Below, piece by piece: positions 35,601-50,300 of a DNA stretch of 64,000 bases. The notes under the pieces were generated by a model. It ran no database searches. It had not been told where the DNA came from and was given only the letters and a program-made list of their open reading frames with translations. The DNA lies in contig NW_005434649.1 in assembly GCF_000315625.1 (NCBI RefSeq), positions 372,001-436,000 of the forward strand. The letters run 5' to 3'. A program made the position numbers and the translations under genes. Position 1 is the first letter of the stretch. Every line of letters starts with the position of its first letter. This stretch comes from Guillardia theta CCMP2712. Lineage: Eukaryota > Protista > Cryptophyta.

Positions 35601-38600
35601 TGCGTTCCTCCATTGCTCCTGCAGCTTCCCGAGCATCGACTCCAGCACTCCCTCCTGCGTCGCCTCCGTCGAGATCTTCTGGATCTGCTCCTGGTGCTCC
35701 ATCACCCCGTAAGAGAGGAGGAGGCCCAGCGTCAGCGGCTCCTCCCACTGCTCCGGGTCCCGCTCGATGTGCCTTCCCACCACAGCATCGATCTTCTCCC
35801 AGTGCCTCGCCTGCAGCGCCGGATTCCTCAGGTCGGAGCAGCTGGGGACCAGGTCCTTGTACACCTGGACGAGGCTCTTGAGCTTGGGGGCCACGGGGTT
35901 GGCCGGCAGCTCGCGTTCAGCTCGGGAGGCAGCCTTGAACCACTTCTGCACGATGCTCTCGAGCTCCTTGATATTGAGGTCCTCCAGCAGCTTCTCCTTC
36001 CACTGCTCCGTGATGGTTGACACCTCCACCATCGCCTCCCACATCGACTTCTTCAGCTGGACGTCGGAGACCAAGTCGTCGAGCTCGGGGTAGCGCACAA
36101 GGTTGGCCCCGAACACTCCCTGGAACTTTTGCGCCTCCTTGGCCCAGTTCTCCAGCTCGCGTACTTGCTCGCGGAGGTTGTCAGCTACTTCGAGGATGAT
36201 CTCCGGGTTGGGCGAGTCTTCCAGGATCTGCGGGTTCTCCGCCTGCATCTTCATATCCTTGATCCTTTCCCCGAACTCCTTGATCTCCTTGTCAAGCACC
36301 GCGTTCCACTGCGCGATGTCCTCCTCCCTTGTGCTCTCCGCCATCTCCAGGCTGCTCTGCATCTGCGCGTACTCGGGGACGAGAATGGCATACTCCGCCT
36401 TGATCATGTCGGGGATGAACACCTGCTCTGCTTCCATCAGCTCGTAGTGCTTCTGCAGGTCCGCAAACTGAGCCTCCAGCTCCTCCTTCGCCTCCATCTC
36501 CGTCTCCACAAACGCTAGCAGGGACACGAACTCGGCAACGGTCGCCGGCTTCTTGGACAGTTTTGCGTTGGCCCCCCCGACCCTCTCCATGATCACCTTC
36601 TGCTTTTCAAGCGCCAGCTCAGGCAGCAGCGACTCGACCTTGCCAAGAGCTTCCGCAGGCGCAGGCGCCAGCGCGTCCTTGAGCTTTCTGGTGTCCACCC
36701 GGAGGATCCCAAAGTCCTCCCAGTCACTGAGCTTCTTCACGTCATCGATCTGCCCCTTGTAGAGGACTAGCTGGGTCTTGAAGCCGTTGAGAGCGATCTC
36801 CCCGCTCTCGTACTTGTCCTTGAGCTCGTCAGAGTCGACCTCCAGATTCCTCATCGCCATCTCGCGGAAGGGCTCCAGCGACAGCCGGCACTTCTCGGCC
36901 TTCTCGAAGGAGGAAGTGATGGTCTTGCGTAGCTGCTGCACGCGCTTCTGGAAGCCCTCGTCGTTGAGGATGATGTCGGCAACGGTAGCCGAGTCGCTGA
37001 TGTCTGAGTCCGGGTCGTACAAGGACGTATACCTGCCAAACACGTATGAGAACAAGCGGCTGCGGAAGGAGGGAGGGGAGGAAGGAGGCGAAGTTAGGGA
37101 GTTAGGAAGGAGTGAAAGGCAGGAGGAGAGAAGGAAGGGCAGTAAAATGATGGGGAAGGGAGGAGAGAACGGAGGGGGATAGTGGGAACCACAAGGCAGT
37201 GGGGGGAGAAAACTCACTCTATAAGCTCTTCATGACCGAGCAGTCGCACTTTCGACGAGACGGTGGCGACATAGTCGTCAATGATCGCATCGATCTGATC
37301 CTCGAAGTCCTCCACAGAGGGCACGAAGAAGAGCTTGTCCTTTTCCATGATGACTTCGGTCACGAAGATCGACTGCAGCTGGGTCTCCTCGTCCTCCTCC
37401 ATCGATCGGTTCAAGAAGGAGCCTGAACGAGCTCTCTCGAAGGAGAACCCATCCGATCCCTGCCGTGCACTCGACGCGTCTATGGGCCTGTCAAACCCGT
37501 CGTTCTTCCCGTCCGAGAAGCTGATCGCCATGGTCGCCGTAGGCGCGAATTTCTCGAGGAGAAAGTCGAGAGTGCCAATCACGATACTGTACTGCAGCAA
37601 AGCAATCAAACGGCAATAATGTTGAAGAGAAAGGAGGAGGGGGAGGAGGAGGAGAGGGATAACGAGGAGGAGGAAAAGGAGGAGGAGAGGGATAACGAGG
37701 AGGAGGTGGAGGAGGAGGAGGAGGCATACCAAGGAATTGAAGATGACATAATCGCACAAACGGAGGAGGTGGTACAATCTCTGATGCTCCACTCGCTTGG
37801 ACGCCTTGATGGTGTATCTGAAGACAGGAAGTTCAACCTCTCGAGTCTCTTCGCACCGGTAGGTACCTGTAGTTCTGGCTGTCGTCCTTTTGGATGCCAG
37901 TCACCTTCTGAATCGCGCCTTGCTGGGGACCTACGGTCTGAGCTGAGCCAAGGAGCTTGGCCTCGAGGGCGTCAAGAGTAGAAGTGCAAGCTTTCGCCGC
38001 GCAGGAGACGTTTGTGTCCCAGAACACCAGAAGTTGTTTCAAGAAAGTTTCTCGCTGGCTCTGCGGGAAAGAATCGTGAGGAACGAGCAAGCCAGGGGAA
38101 ATCCGACGCACCTGCTGATCACTGTAGAACTCGTCCAACCTATACAAGTGACTAGGCTGGAAGCTGTGCAAGTCGCTTGTCTTGAGCTCTTCACAATTCA
38201 GGCGGATCTCAAGAATAGCATTTCGGAACTTGTCGTCCATCCTTTGAAACAGCAGACAGTCAGCAAATTCACCAGAGGAAGCTCTCTCTACCAGAAGAGG
38301 TTCTTGGTCAAGAGCCCTTGATGAATGTGCATCTTGCCGTAGTGAACGACGTCTTTCCACACCTGCTCGTGACGTCATCAAGTCGGAATCGCCATACGGC
38401 GGGGTACCTTGTATGATTTCCAGACTCTGTACTTGCGGAACACGTTGATCTTCCTGATAGCCATGAATATCTGGTACTCCTTGCGCCATCTGCTCAGCTC
38501 GGTGAAGGATGGCTTGCCGTGGAGGAACTGGGTCACCCCATGAGCGCTCATGGTGAAGTAGTTGCTGGGATCGATCTCTGAGTGCTGTACAACTTCTAGG

Positions 38601-39286
38601 TGGTAAGGATTCAAGGGGGTGAATCGTTCAGCAGGCGGCATGTTCTCGTCGGGAAGGTAAGGCCGCAAGTACACGAACTCCTGGCTCTCAGGGTTCCTTG
38701 AAAGACGTTTCATGAGCCTCAACAAGTCCCGTGCCTCGTCTTGAGTCAGCGCCTTCTTGGGCTTCAGCTTCGTGTCCGAGTCTGTGGTGCTTTCTATCTC
38801 TGAAGCTGCGGATTTGCTGAACTTTTCCGCTCGTTCCAGCATGGACTTCGAGTCCGCATTGTCCAGCGCCTGGAAGTCAAACGATACATTCTTTCCTGGC
38901 ATATCGATACCATTCTCTGCCTTGCCGTTCTCCTTGTGAGATTCGCGAGACGACATGGCGTCATCTGCATCACTCCCGTTCTCCCCGATGCTCTTTCCGT
39001 TCCTGTTATCATGACGAGCGATCTTAAGCTCCTGTGGCAGAAGAGAATCTACACGAAATGTAGGGCTTCTGTGCGTGTGCCCGTTTCCTCCCACGCTATG
39101 TCCTCCCGCTCCCTTCACGTTACCGTTTGGGCTGGCGCTGCCCAGTGGTCGTAGGAGACTAGTGGATTTCTTTTGGGTGACCCTGAGAGCGGAGGAGTTC
39201 TTCGCCGTGAGGTAGAGCTTCGTATTCAGAGTCTCTCTTACGTTCCCCTGGATCGAAGGATACTCCTCCTCCTCCTCTCCCTCCAT
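25533..39286 (-). CDS. DNAH6: Axonemal inner-arm dynein heavy chain, DNAH6-like (multi-exon)
   Basis: P-loops GPAGTGKTET (AAA1) with CFDEFNRI, GPTGGGKTT, GESGTGKS, GLGGSGKQS; stalk/MTBD; RWPLMIDPQ; SLGQGQGP; C-terminal CPLYKT. The N-terminal FTELSRWRKEYQIF...FRKYRVWK segment is typical of the DNAH6 class; subclass assignment is by motif recall. Confidence 0.95.
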
Positions 39287-40025
39287 CTTCACCTGCTGCT
39301 CTGATTTGGCGCTCCAACCGCCATACAGCAAGCAGCAGTCAAAGGCGGCGCAAGAGGGGGTTGAGGGCCGGAGGGGTCCTTTCATTATTGGGTGGTGGGT
39401 CCTTATTGGGTTTGGGATGGAGTACTAGGTTCATTTACTCCAATATTCCACATATAAAAGTTGAGGTGTGAAGAAGGTCTTTCGGGACTACAAGAATAAA
39501 CAGGGGTACGGTATGAAAGGTAGGGGTCCAGGACCTTCGTTTGCTAGCCGTTGGTTTCTGTAACGGTTTGTCAATCGCGGCCGGGCCCGGCCCGGCCCAG
39601 TGCGCCGGTGAGTTTGCCTGCTGACGACGCACGCGGCATGCTATCGCCGTCCAGGCCCCAAGTGGAAACATTCAATCATTAGAACAAGTACAATGACAGT
39701 GTTACAGTGTAGAACCGTCACTCAGTGCCATGCTCACAGTCAGCTGTTCAAACTTCCAAGTCACTGACTCAGTCAGTCAGTCATCATCGGCCACCGTCAC
39801 CGCATGCGACTAGTTTATTCCCTCTCTCCCACCCCCCCTCCTGAGTGGGAAGAAAAATGATGGAGGGCAGCAATATCTCAATATGAACAACTGAGTGCTG
39901 CAGTGAAATGAAGCTTGAGAGTCGAATGCGAGCCGAGCGAGAGACACGTCACGTTGGATTGAGAGGAGATTTATCGTTTCACCCAAAGAATAAACTAGTG
40001 CCTACCACAACCTGCCCTGACATCA

Positions 40026-43000
40026 TCATGCATTCTCGTCCTTCCGCAACCATTCCACAAACTTCTGCGCCTGCCACACAGTCAGCCCTCTCTCCCTCAT
40101 CCCCTCCTCAGTCCTCTTCCTCGCCCTCCTACCTGCTTCTTCGCCTCGATGTTGTCTCGCACGTCGAAGCGCTTCCGAGCAGCCGTCAGGAACGGGTCGC
40201 GGTTGTCAGGAGGCTGCAGCCAGTCCTCGATGGCCTTCTCGTGGATGACCTCCAGGTCGTAGAGAGTAGCGAGACATCGCGAGAAGAAGCCTGCCCTCAC
40301 CTCGTCATGGTCCCTCCCGTCATGCCTCTTCCTCCTCCCTCACCTGGCGGATACTCCAACCCTCTCACGCAGTCCTGCAGCTCAAACAACGCGTACGACT
40401 GATCGCAATCTTTCCCCAGCCACCTTCGCAGAAGCTCCTGCCTCTTGCTGAAACAAGCCTTCTCGTTAGGCTCGATGAGGTTGTCGCTTGTCACTTGCTT
40501 CAGCGCTTCTCGTCCCCCCAGCTCCTGACAGATCTTTCCTAGACAGCACTTGACCACACACCGGCTGACTTCCCGGTCAACTGTCTCAATCATCGACTCT
40601 ACCTCCTCGATGATCTCTTGGTCCGACTTGTCCGCCTCCAGCATCGCTATCACGCTCTTCTCGATCCGTTGCAGTGGGAACAAGTCAGCCAGCTGATTTC
40701 CATTCACAAACGCCGCCTGATCCGTCACGCCAAAGTCGCTGAGCGCCTTCCCTGACTCCTGCCAGATCTTTCTCCCCTCCTCAGCCCCCAGCGTTTCCAT
40801 CAGACTCTTCAGCACCGATCCGAGGAACTTCGGCTGATAGTTGCTACCCTTCATGAAACGATCCGAAGTCGACTTGAGAAAATCCCACGACACATACCTG
40901 CTCACATCGTTACTACGTACATCTCCATCATCACCTTGAAGCTCACCCTTCCGCCAGGCCCGAAACAATAAAGCTACCCATCACTTTCGGAGCAGAAGGA
41001 AAATCGATCGTCATGTCTTCGAAAAACTCCAGCACATCTTCGAATCCTTTCTCCATATGCTTCGTACTCAAAACCTTGTTCTCATACAGCTCATCCAGTA
41101 ACTTGACCTGCCCGACACCTTCACACCACACCCCTACAACTCCCAGTCAAACTCACCAGGCATTCTGTGTGCTTCGTAGCGTCGAATGCCATCTCAAGCG
41201 ACTTCACGACAATATCGTGATGCTGGTCCTTGTTGGGCAGCTCGTCCAAGGTAGCCATCACCTGCCGACGGTTCAGCACCTCCGCAGGCAAGAAACCCAC
41301 GCTCGGCGTGCTGCTCCTTACCTCCTTCAGGTCATTCATCTCTACATACTCTTCCAAGGTATTCGCTATCCTCTTGGAGATCTGATCCGCTGACAGCTTG
41401 GGCGCAGGAGCAGGAGCAGGAGCAGGTGCAGGAGCGGCGGACCGAGGCGACGAGGATTGCGGTACAGCTGCCGACTGAGAAGTTGCTTGATTCGACGGGG
41501 AGTCCCGCTGACCAGGATTGACCAGAAGCCCCTTGCTTCCAGGCATACCACCTGAGTCCCTCGGACCAGGCCCTCCCGCCCCCATCCTATCCGCACGATA
41601 GTCTGCTCCTGGGTTGCCCATCCCCATCCGCGAGCCATACCCCACTGGAGGCATCTCCCCACGGCCGGACGAGTACATCATTCCTGCTGTACGCGACCCC
41701 CTCTCGTCCGATGGGAGGATGCCTGATCCCCCACCAGACATCCGCTTGTCCTGGAACAGCCCCATCCCCCGATTGTCGAACGCCTGTTGAGGCATATTTC
41801 TCGCCCGTTCGCGTGGATCCATCACCCTATCCGGCAAGATTCCTCGTGGTCCTTCATCACCTCTTGTCAGAGACACCAAGCAGCACAGTCAACTCAAGCA
41901 AGTACCAGCTCTTGCATCCCGCATCGGACCCCCCGGAGGCATGATGGATGTCACCAAGCCCTCTTTCACAGCTTCCTCACGAATCTCTCCGATCGTCTTC
42001 GGCCCAGTTGTCTCCCTCCTTGGCTTCCAGCTGCACAAGCGCATTCATCAGCATACAGCACAGCCCTCAACCAAGCTTCCAAGGTCACTCACTCGTTCTT
42101 GCGTAGCTCCAGAGTGTCTATCAACATAAACTTCAACCTGTTTCCACCCGGCCGTTTCCCCATCTCATTCGCCATCTGCTTCATCTGATCGAAATAATAA
42201 TCCATGTAGTGTCGTGCCTCCTCGCGGTCAAGCAGCTTGCCAATCGTAAACTGCACATCACCTCTCAGTCACCTTCCCTCATCCTCCGACGCTGCCATGC
42301 TTACCATAAGCTTGCAAAGACATTCGATGGTGTCCTCGTCTTTGCTCCCTAGCAAGCGCTTCACGCACTCGTGCATGATCTTCTCATTCAAGATCTTCTG
42401 AGCAAACAGCTCCCCAATGAACTTGATATTCCCTGTCACCCTCGCTTAGTCCAAACTCGCCTACATCATGCCGCCTTCTTACCCAACATGCGGATGCGCA
42501 CTCTTCGTGTCTTGTTCGCCTTCTCCTCTTCCGAAAGGCCAGTGTTCTCAGCGTCTGTAAGCTCGTCGTATCGATCGGCTCGTTCGAACTCCTCCTGACA
42601 CTTGTTCAACAGACACCTCTTGAACGACACTTTCTTCTTCTTCACTTCTTCTCCGGGAAGAGGGTCGGCCTCCTCCTCGGAGAACTCTGGAAGCTTATCC
42701 TTGATCTCGTTGCAAAACCCCGCGTACATCTGGCAGAAGTGTCCTTCTTCCAGCGCTTTGTCAAAAATGATTCCGACGAGACCTTTCAACTCTTCAGGAT
42801 CTCTGAAATCAATGTTCACAAGGTCTGCAGCCAACTTCTTGAAGTTCGTCAAAGTCAGCTTGTTCAAGATCGACCGCGCAAACTTCATCGTCGCTTCATA
42901 GTGAGTCCTTGCTTTGTTCTTGCTCAAGTCAAATGCATTGTCGCTCTTTTCGAGAGGCCTCACTGGCGGCAGATTCATTGGCATAGGTTGCCCTCTTCCT

Positions 43001-45900
43001 CCAACCCTCTGCGCACTACGAGCTGTAGACGGCATCCTGTTGTCACGTGGCATGCCTCGCGGATCTCGCATACCCGGCGGTGGTACGCCACGCTGCATCA
43101 CTGACGCCGAGCCCATCATAGGCATTCCAACGTTGGGGTTGGGCGCTGGAAGCAGCCCAGATGAAGGTCGATTGCTTGCAGGGTTGCGTGCATCTGTGCC
43201 TGAGGCATCGCGGAGATGATCGTTCTCGCTGACCGACTTGAGCACCTTCTCCGTGATCTCACTCTTCTTGACGATGTCCTTGAACTTGAGCATAAACTCC
43301 AGAGTATACTGCAGCCTCTCTCCAGGAGCAAGAGCTGGACGTTCTTTCTTCATCTTGGGTACCTCAGGCTCCGTCTCCTTCTCCTTATCGTCGTCCTTGG
43401 TTGCTGTATTTCCTTCCTTCTTTGTGACACTCTGCTCTTCACTAGGTTCTTTTTTAGCCTCAGCTTTGTCATTTGTCACGTCGGCGACGGTCTTGTCGCT
43501 CTGCGACGCTGCTGGTTGAGCTTGGCTGGGGGCCACCGGGGTTTGCTGCGACCTTACTGACGATCCTTCAGGCATGGACTCAGGTACATCTGTCTGCATC
43601 ACTGACTTGGAAGGTTCTTCTACCTGCTGCTTGACCGCTTCGTCAACTACAGCGTTGGATTCATCAGCATTCTTCGAGTCCTCATGACTTCCCTCTTTTT
43701 TCTTTGAGTCTACCGAGGTTGCCGTTGCATCGGATTCTACTCGCTTTTCGACAGCCATGTTCGATGGAATTTTCTCTTCACTGTTCTCAACTCCATTCAA
43801 TTTCTTGGCATCCTCAACTTTGGAAGGTCCTGCCACAGGCCTAGGAGCGGCATTATTGTTGTCGCTAGCCTTGCCTCTCAGATGTGGAGGGACGTAAGCA
43901 CCGGCTGTGCCTGCGGTCGTTCCAGTAGAGCCTGAAAGGATGCCTGTTGTATTCACTTGCTCGCTAGAAACAGGGGTCGAGTCCTTGCTTTCATCTTGCT
44001 GCTTCGACTTCTCGGAATTCGCAGTTCCCATTGGTGGTTCCTTCGGAGCAAGCGTTGGTGGAGTAACTACCTGATTCATTTCCTTTGCCGTTGTGGTATC
44101 AGTAGCAGTTGTTTGAGATGCAGATTTCGCTTCAGGTGCAGACGATGTAGATGAAGGCAAGCTCGATTGCTCCGATACTTTCGATCCGATGATTGATTCA
44201 ACTTCACTTGAAATGCTGTTGGGTTGAATCGAGCTCTGCTGTACTGAATTGGAGGTTGCATCTTTAGTGTCTGGAGTTGTTTGTGATTGCGAGGGCTTGT
44301 TAGATGCATTTCCACCAACGTTTGCTGGTTGTACAATGTCTCGGTTCTCGTTCACTTTGAAAAGGAGTTTCTTCTCACGCTTTGGGGGAACTTGCTGGGC
44401 AGGCATGTTCACTGGGACCTGTTGCGTTGGTCTGTTTGCGTGTTGTGCTGTCATATCTGGGCGATTAACATGAGGCATGACTGGCATTTGACCATCCTGG
44501 CGGTTTTGATACGCTGCAGCTGCTTGCATCGCCGCCATCTGATTCCAGTACATTTGAAAACCAGGCGCTAAAGCAGCAGCAGGCATGCCCGCTGCCATAG
44601 TGGGATTCATGTTCGCATTCGGGCCTGGAGCGATTCCCGGGGACATGCCGGTAGGCATCGGTGCAGCAGCCATGCCCGGGTTCATAGTTGCTGCCGGATT
44701 CATGCTTGCTCCCATGTTAGCAGTCGGCGCATGAGACGTCATCTGGTGACTATGCCCCTGGGTTGTTGGAACAGTAGGTCTCACCGGCATAGCTTGAGGT
44801 CTTGCTTGACCAGCAGGAGGCTGCCCTGGACCCGATCCTGGACTAGGAAAGCCAGGTGAAGTCATGTGCTGCCCCATCATGGCTCCAACGCGGTTTCGTG
44901 ATTGTGCGTTCATCGAAGCACTTGGCAAAGCTGAAAGGATTCATCACTTATTTACCAGTCTGCAGAAAAAGTAACAAACCTGTTGTTTCTTGATCAGGTG
45001 GAGCTGATTTCACCCTCGGTGGATTCATGGGATTTGAGTTCATCCAGTTCGGTTGGGAAGGGAATGCAGAAGAATCGGGGCTATCGGAAAGTGCAGGCGG
45101 TGGTACACTAGGCTGTACATGGTTTGGATTTTGATTTGAGCCATTCTTCTGCGAGCTCATGTTTGGTTGCTGCATTCCTTTGGGGCCTGCGAAGATGGTG
45201 AATACCTTGAGGTCATACGAAATGGTCAGATAATGGCTCACCAGGTCTGGTATGTTGTCCCACCACCCCCCTGCAAAATGGAACCAAGGAGACAGAATAG
45301 AGTCAGTAAATTATCGTGTAGATGGTGTCATGGCAAACATGAAGACTGATTCCATTGTCATTCTTGGCATTTCATTGCATAATTCAGCACACCAGGAAGC
45401 AGGTTGAGACTTTGGCATTTACACTTCTCTACCCGCCTCAGTCTCACTCATGCTCCATATCGTACAATACAAGTTCAAGGAAAGGGAATGAAATGTTTTC
45501 GATATGAACAAAGCAGTGCAATAGATTCCTCTACAACTATCACAAAATTATGTGAGTGCACTTACCCACGACCTCCACGCCCTCCCCGCTGGTCCGTTCC
45601 TTGGCCTCTGTCTGTTGCGCCAAACCCTCCTCGATCTGCTCTGTCTCCCCTGTCTCCACCAGCAGCATGACCTCGACCTCTGCCGCCTCTGCCTGCCTGC
45701 ACGCCTTGGCCAGGGAAGGCTCCGCTAGCACCTCCAGGGCCCATTCCCATACCAGGCCCACCCTGATTCGGGAATCCTGCTTGAACTCCTCCTCCTCCTC
45801 CTCCTCCTCCCCCGAAGCCTCCCCCTCCCCCTCCCCCTCCCCCTCCCCCGGCGCCTCCCCCGGCGCCGCCGCCGCCACTTCCATTGCCGCCATCCGCCAT
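40026..45900 (-). CDS. EIF4G: Translation initiation factor eIF4G (RGG N-terminus, eIF4E-binding motif, MIF4G, MA3, W2-like)
   Basis: QYTLEFML eIF4E-binding motif; RSILNKLT..NF, IFDKALEEGHFCQMYA, FKRCLLNKCQEEFE, RMLGNIKFIGELF (MIF4G); LEEY...D..E and DFPSAP (MA3); LYDLEVIHEKAIEDW...KFVEWL (W2). ATG at 45900, stop at 40026. Confidence 0.93.
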
Positions 45901-47360
45901 TGTCTTTTCTTTCTGCACCCGTGCGGCAGCTCCTACCTTTCTAGAGTCCTTCCTAGGACCCTTGGTGGTACATCCTAAGACCCTACCCCCTCAAATACCT
46001 TCATTTATACCCCTACCATTTCAAACCCACCCCTTTCCAGAAACCGCGACCATCTGACCACCCCTTTATAATGGCTGCTTGTTCGGTGAATGGACCCCCT
46101 GTCATTGTGTTCCTGAGCTACCACCACCCCTCATCCTCTTCCATTACCCCTCGGATGTATAGCAATTACCCACCTGCAAGCAAGGGTTCTATGCCTTCTA
46201 GCGCGTACTTCCTAAATCCCTATCTTCCTAGAACCTGGGTCCATCACCCCTACCATATCGCCCAAGTGACCCACCTAAGACAACACCTTCGACCACCCCC
46301 ATAGAGTCTTTGGATTACCCCCTATTTCTACTGCGTCCACCCCGCTCCTGCCCTCTGACCTAATCACCCCACCTACCTGTGAATCACATTCTGTCAAATC
46401 TCTCTCTGACCCCTACCCACTACCCTCTATTTTTCCCACTACCCTCCCTAAACACCTTCATTTCCTAATGAAAGTACCCACCCTTAGAGTCAAAACGAAC
46501 TCCCGCCAAATTCGTGGAAACTACCCTACCCGTCTCCCGATCCTTCATGGGAAGGACCCACCACACATTTTTTATAATTCAACCCTAGAGCCGGTTGTAT
46601 GTGAGTGTTCCTAGTAACAAAAAATTGCAGCACGAGTGAAAGAACTACCCCCTTCGGATATTCATGCTACTCTACAAGGGTGGGTACTGAGCACTCCCTC
46701 ACTGCCTTGGAGGCAACAGTGCTGTATCTTCTACAAGATAAAGATATTTATTATAAATCTCTTAAGCAAAACTAGGTAAGGTTGAAGATCTACACTGCAA
46801 GGTGATGAGGTGTAGTGGGGAGGCACTTGCTAAAATTTCTCTGCCTTGGGTTGTGTTAAATCATATTTTCCGGCGAGGGAGAGATTTGACACGTGAGCAT
46901 ACCCCACCCGGTCCGATTTCCCTACCCCACCAATACTACATACCACCTACCCCCAGAGCCAGCTTTTGGGGACCACTGCCACACCTAAATCTGGTAATTT
47001 GAAATTTGGAGGAGTGATTCGGAAATATTTTGGAGAGGAGTAATTGTTACTCGAAACTTCTAAAATTTGCTCTACGATCACTTCCAACCCGCCTCAGGGT
47101 CTTCAGCTCAGTGATCGAATCATCGGGCCGCCCGGGCCGGACAAACAGCATCATGAGTCAAACCGATTTAAACCAGAGTAGCGTTCAGTGCGGGATGGCA
47201 GTAGCGGTGGTGGGAGGAAGGGGTAAGGAGGAGCAGGGATGAAGAGCTAGGAGGGATTTGGTGACTGAAGCCGAGGGAAAGAGTAGATACTGCAAGCTCT
47301 TCGGACGTTCAGAAGCCTGTCAGAGTATACCTCTTCGTCGTTCTCCGTATCTGACGTTCG

Positions 47361-50300
47361 ATGTCCGATCATTCGAGGCATGCTAGACCAGGGAATTTCT
47401 CCCCTTCTTCCTCGCAACCCCAGTTTTGGACGGCGGAATCCACCAGCTCAGATGGATCGTATAACTCAAGCAGGTCTGCTCTTGACCTTGCCAGACACAT
47501 CGGGCTTTCCATGTACTCATCATATGATCCATTGCCCGGCGCCTCATCAACACCCCCCCCGGCGCCCTTAACAGGACCTCACAGCATCAGCGATCAGTCA
47601 TCAAGAGCATCTTCGACCCCGCAAGCCCCCTTGTCCGCTCCTCTGATTGGTCTCGGCTCGGCTCCCTACCTCAAGGGCGTCGACCCGTTCGCTCCAAGGC
47701 CGATGCCACCTTCCCGTGATAATCTCCTGAGTCACTCGCCTTTCAACTCGCAGCCGAGCTTCGACCCCTCCTTCGAAGACGACCGGTCCTACGACTCGTC
47801 CGGCTCGCACCGAGGGTAATGCCTTCTCTCTCCTGTGCTTTCGATTCACCTCCTCGTTGCAGTCGATCCTCTGGCTCTTTGTCGCAACCTCATAGCAGTA
47901 AGTTGTTCTCAGGAAAGAGATGAAGACTCACTTGCTCCTGCTCAGCGGGAAGTGCACGAGAGCTGTTCTCTCAATCGAGCGGCGAGAACCTGCAGGTGTC
48001 CTGCCAGTGAGTGAACCAGCAGCGATGGGAGCTGATGCCTCTTGCGTCCGTACAGGAACCTTTCCCAGTTTCCATGATGCAAGCGTCGCGTTCTGATCGA
48101 TACGAGGATGAGCTGAGACGAACAGTAACTCATCCGCTTGCTGCTCCTCGTGACCGTGATCCTCGATGCAGGAGTTACCGCTAGAGCTGAGAACGTTCGG
48201 TGCCCCTCCAGAGTACACTGACGCTATCCGAAGCCCGCAAGGGTGAAGTGACAAGTTTGTATCCTGAGACTCGTAATCCTCTTGGTAGGGTGGAGCACAC
48301 AGGAGGATTCGGACTGAACACGCTGAAAGAAGGAGACGCAAGCTTTGCATCTCTTGCTGGCTCACGCAGGGGCCAGCATGAGGCCTTGAGCAGGCACGAC
48401 AGGTTGACGATAGTCTTCTCTTTGAGACTTAGCCGTCTTATGCAAGCTATGTTCGGCGCAGAGACGATGTCGGGGCGAGCGGAGAGGATGTCGACCAAGA
48501 GCAAAGATCGAACCTCTCAGAGGCTGTCATACGAAAGTTGAAGCAGAAAAACTCACAGGTAAAGATCACATGCTCCTCGGTGCTTCCTAGTTTAGCTCAT
48601 CGATTCCAACAGCTGGAGAAGGAGCTCCGAGACAAGAAGAGACAGCTAGAAGACATGATGAAGAGCGTGGTATCATGGAAGAATAGCATCAAGGACAAGC
48701 ACATCTCAAAGATCGAGGAGGTAATGGAGCGTAGCTGTCGCTGTTCTACAGCAGCTTACATACCGCAATGACAGGTTGAGACCATCATGAAACAAAAGCT
48801 TCAAAAGAGTCACATGACCAGTCGCAAGCTGAAAGTGAAGCTCCTAGCTGAAATAATGCGCAAGCGCTCTGCTATCACAAAGTCCTCCGTGTTGAACTTT
48901 TGGCACGAGATTGCAATGGTTGGAAGGTATTCCAGTGATGATCGTGCGAGAGCCTGTTTGACGCATACCGATCAACAAGAGTGAAGTCGAAGCTGAAGGA
49001 TGCAGAAGACAGGTTGCATGTCAACTCAACGGCTGTCGAGGGTTGTGACTTGTGCCTTCAGGTGTGCTTCTTCGGAGCTCATGGTCGCTTTCCTCAAGGA
49101 GCAGCTGAACTCGACGGGGCAGGTTGTTGCTCGCCTCCTCCTCCATGCAGCGCTCTGATCGGATGGGTCCCAGACGCCTCGCTCCATGCCGAAACCGAAC
49201 AACGCGCATGAGGAGGAGCTCATGAGAGCGCAACTCGTCCTCGAGTCTCTGCTGTCCCAGGTAGATGGGGAGCTGCTGCTTGCGACGCGAGTGCACTGCT
49301 GAAGGGCAAGTGGTTGACTGGCAGCTCGCCCCTTGCCCGCAGATCCCAACAGGGAACGTCAGCGAGTACGATGGCAACATGGCCAACGCTGAAGCCAGCC
49401 CGGCTCAAGTCCGCAAGAGTTTGACCTCCCAGCTGGAGATGGTGTGGGCTGAGGTGGGAAAGCCTGCTCTTGCGCAACATGCTGATATTGTCAGCAGGTG
49501 CGAGAGCTTGTGGCCAAGAGCGCAAACCAGCAGGGAATCAGCCGAGCCTCGTCCTCCTCCTCCGGGATCAGCCATGAGCTCGTGATCGCCCGGCTGAGGG
49601 GGAAACTGGATCACTTGTCAAAGATGCTTGAGGCGAAGGATTCTGAGCTAGAAGATTACAAGGCACAACTGGAGCAGAAGGTGAAGGGCGGGGAGTCAGG
49701 ATGAACACCGACCGCGTTGACTTGATCTGTTCAGTCTCCGTCGCTATCGGAGGAGCATAACAAGGAGGTGAAGTAGTATTCTCCTCCAATTCCTGCTCCT
49801 CTTGCTAACTCCTCCTCTTCCTCCTCACCCCCTCAACCCCACGTCCTGCTCTCTCTCTTTCTTCTCCCTCATACTCCACTCCTCCTCGTCTTTTCCTCCT
49901 CCTCCTCCTCCTATTGAATTTCTGGTGTCCAGCTTGCACTGGCGAACGTGAAGATCAAGGAGCTGGAGCAGCTATTGTCCAAGTCCTCAGCCGACATGGA
50001 GGAGAAAGAGAATCAGCTGAAGCAACAGGTCGCTCAGTCCGCAACGTCCCCTCGTTTTCTCGCGCATTGTCCGACCTTGCTTGCTTTCAGGTTGCTCGGA
50101 TCAACAGCCTTGCTGCTGCGCTGCAGTCGAAGGAAGAGGACAGCTCGCTGCTCTCGTCACTGCAGAACGTGCGCGTCCTCGCTTGCACCATCGCTGGCGA
50201 TTTTGACGGGAAAATTCTGCAGAGAATTGTTGAGATGCACCACATGATGAGGGAACTGGAGCCAGACAAGGTCTCAATGACTCTCTCCTTCCTCTTCCTA

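Noticed and set aside
25614-37182. Many long plus-strand ORFs opposite dynein
   Set aside because: Antisense shadow ORFs caused by high GC3.
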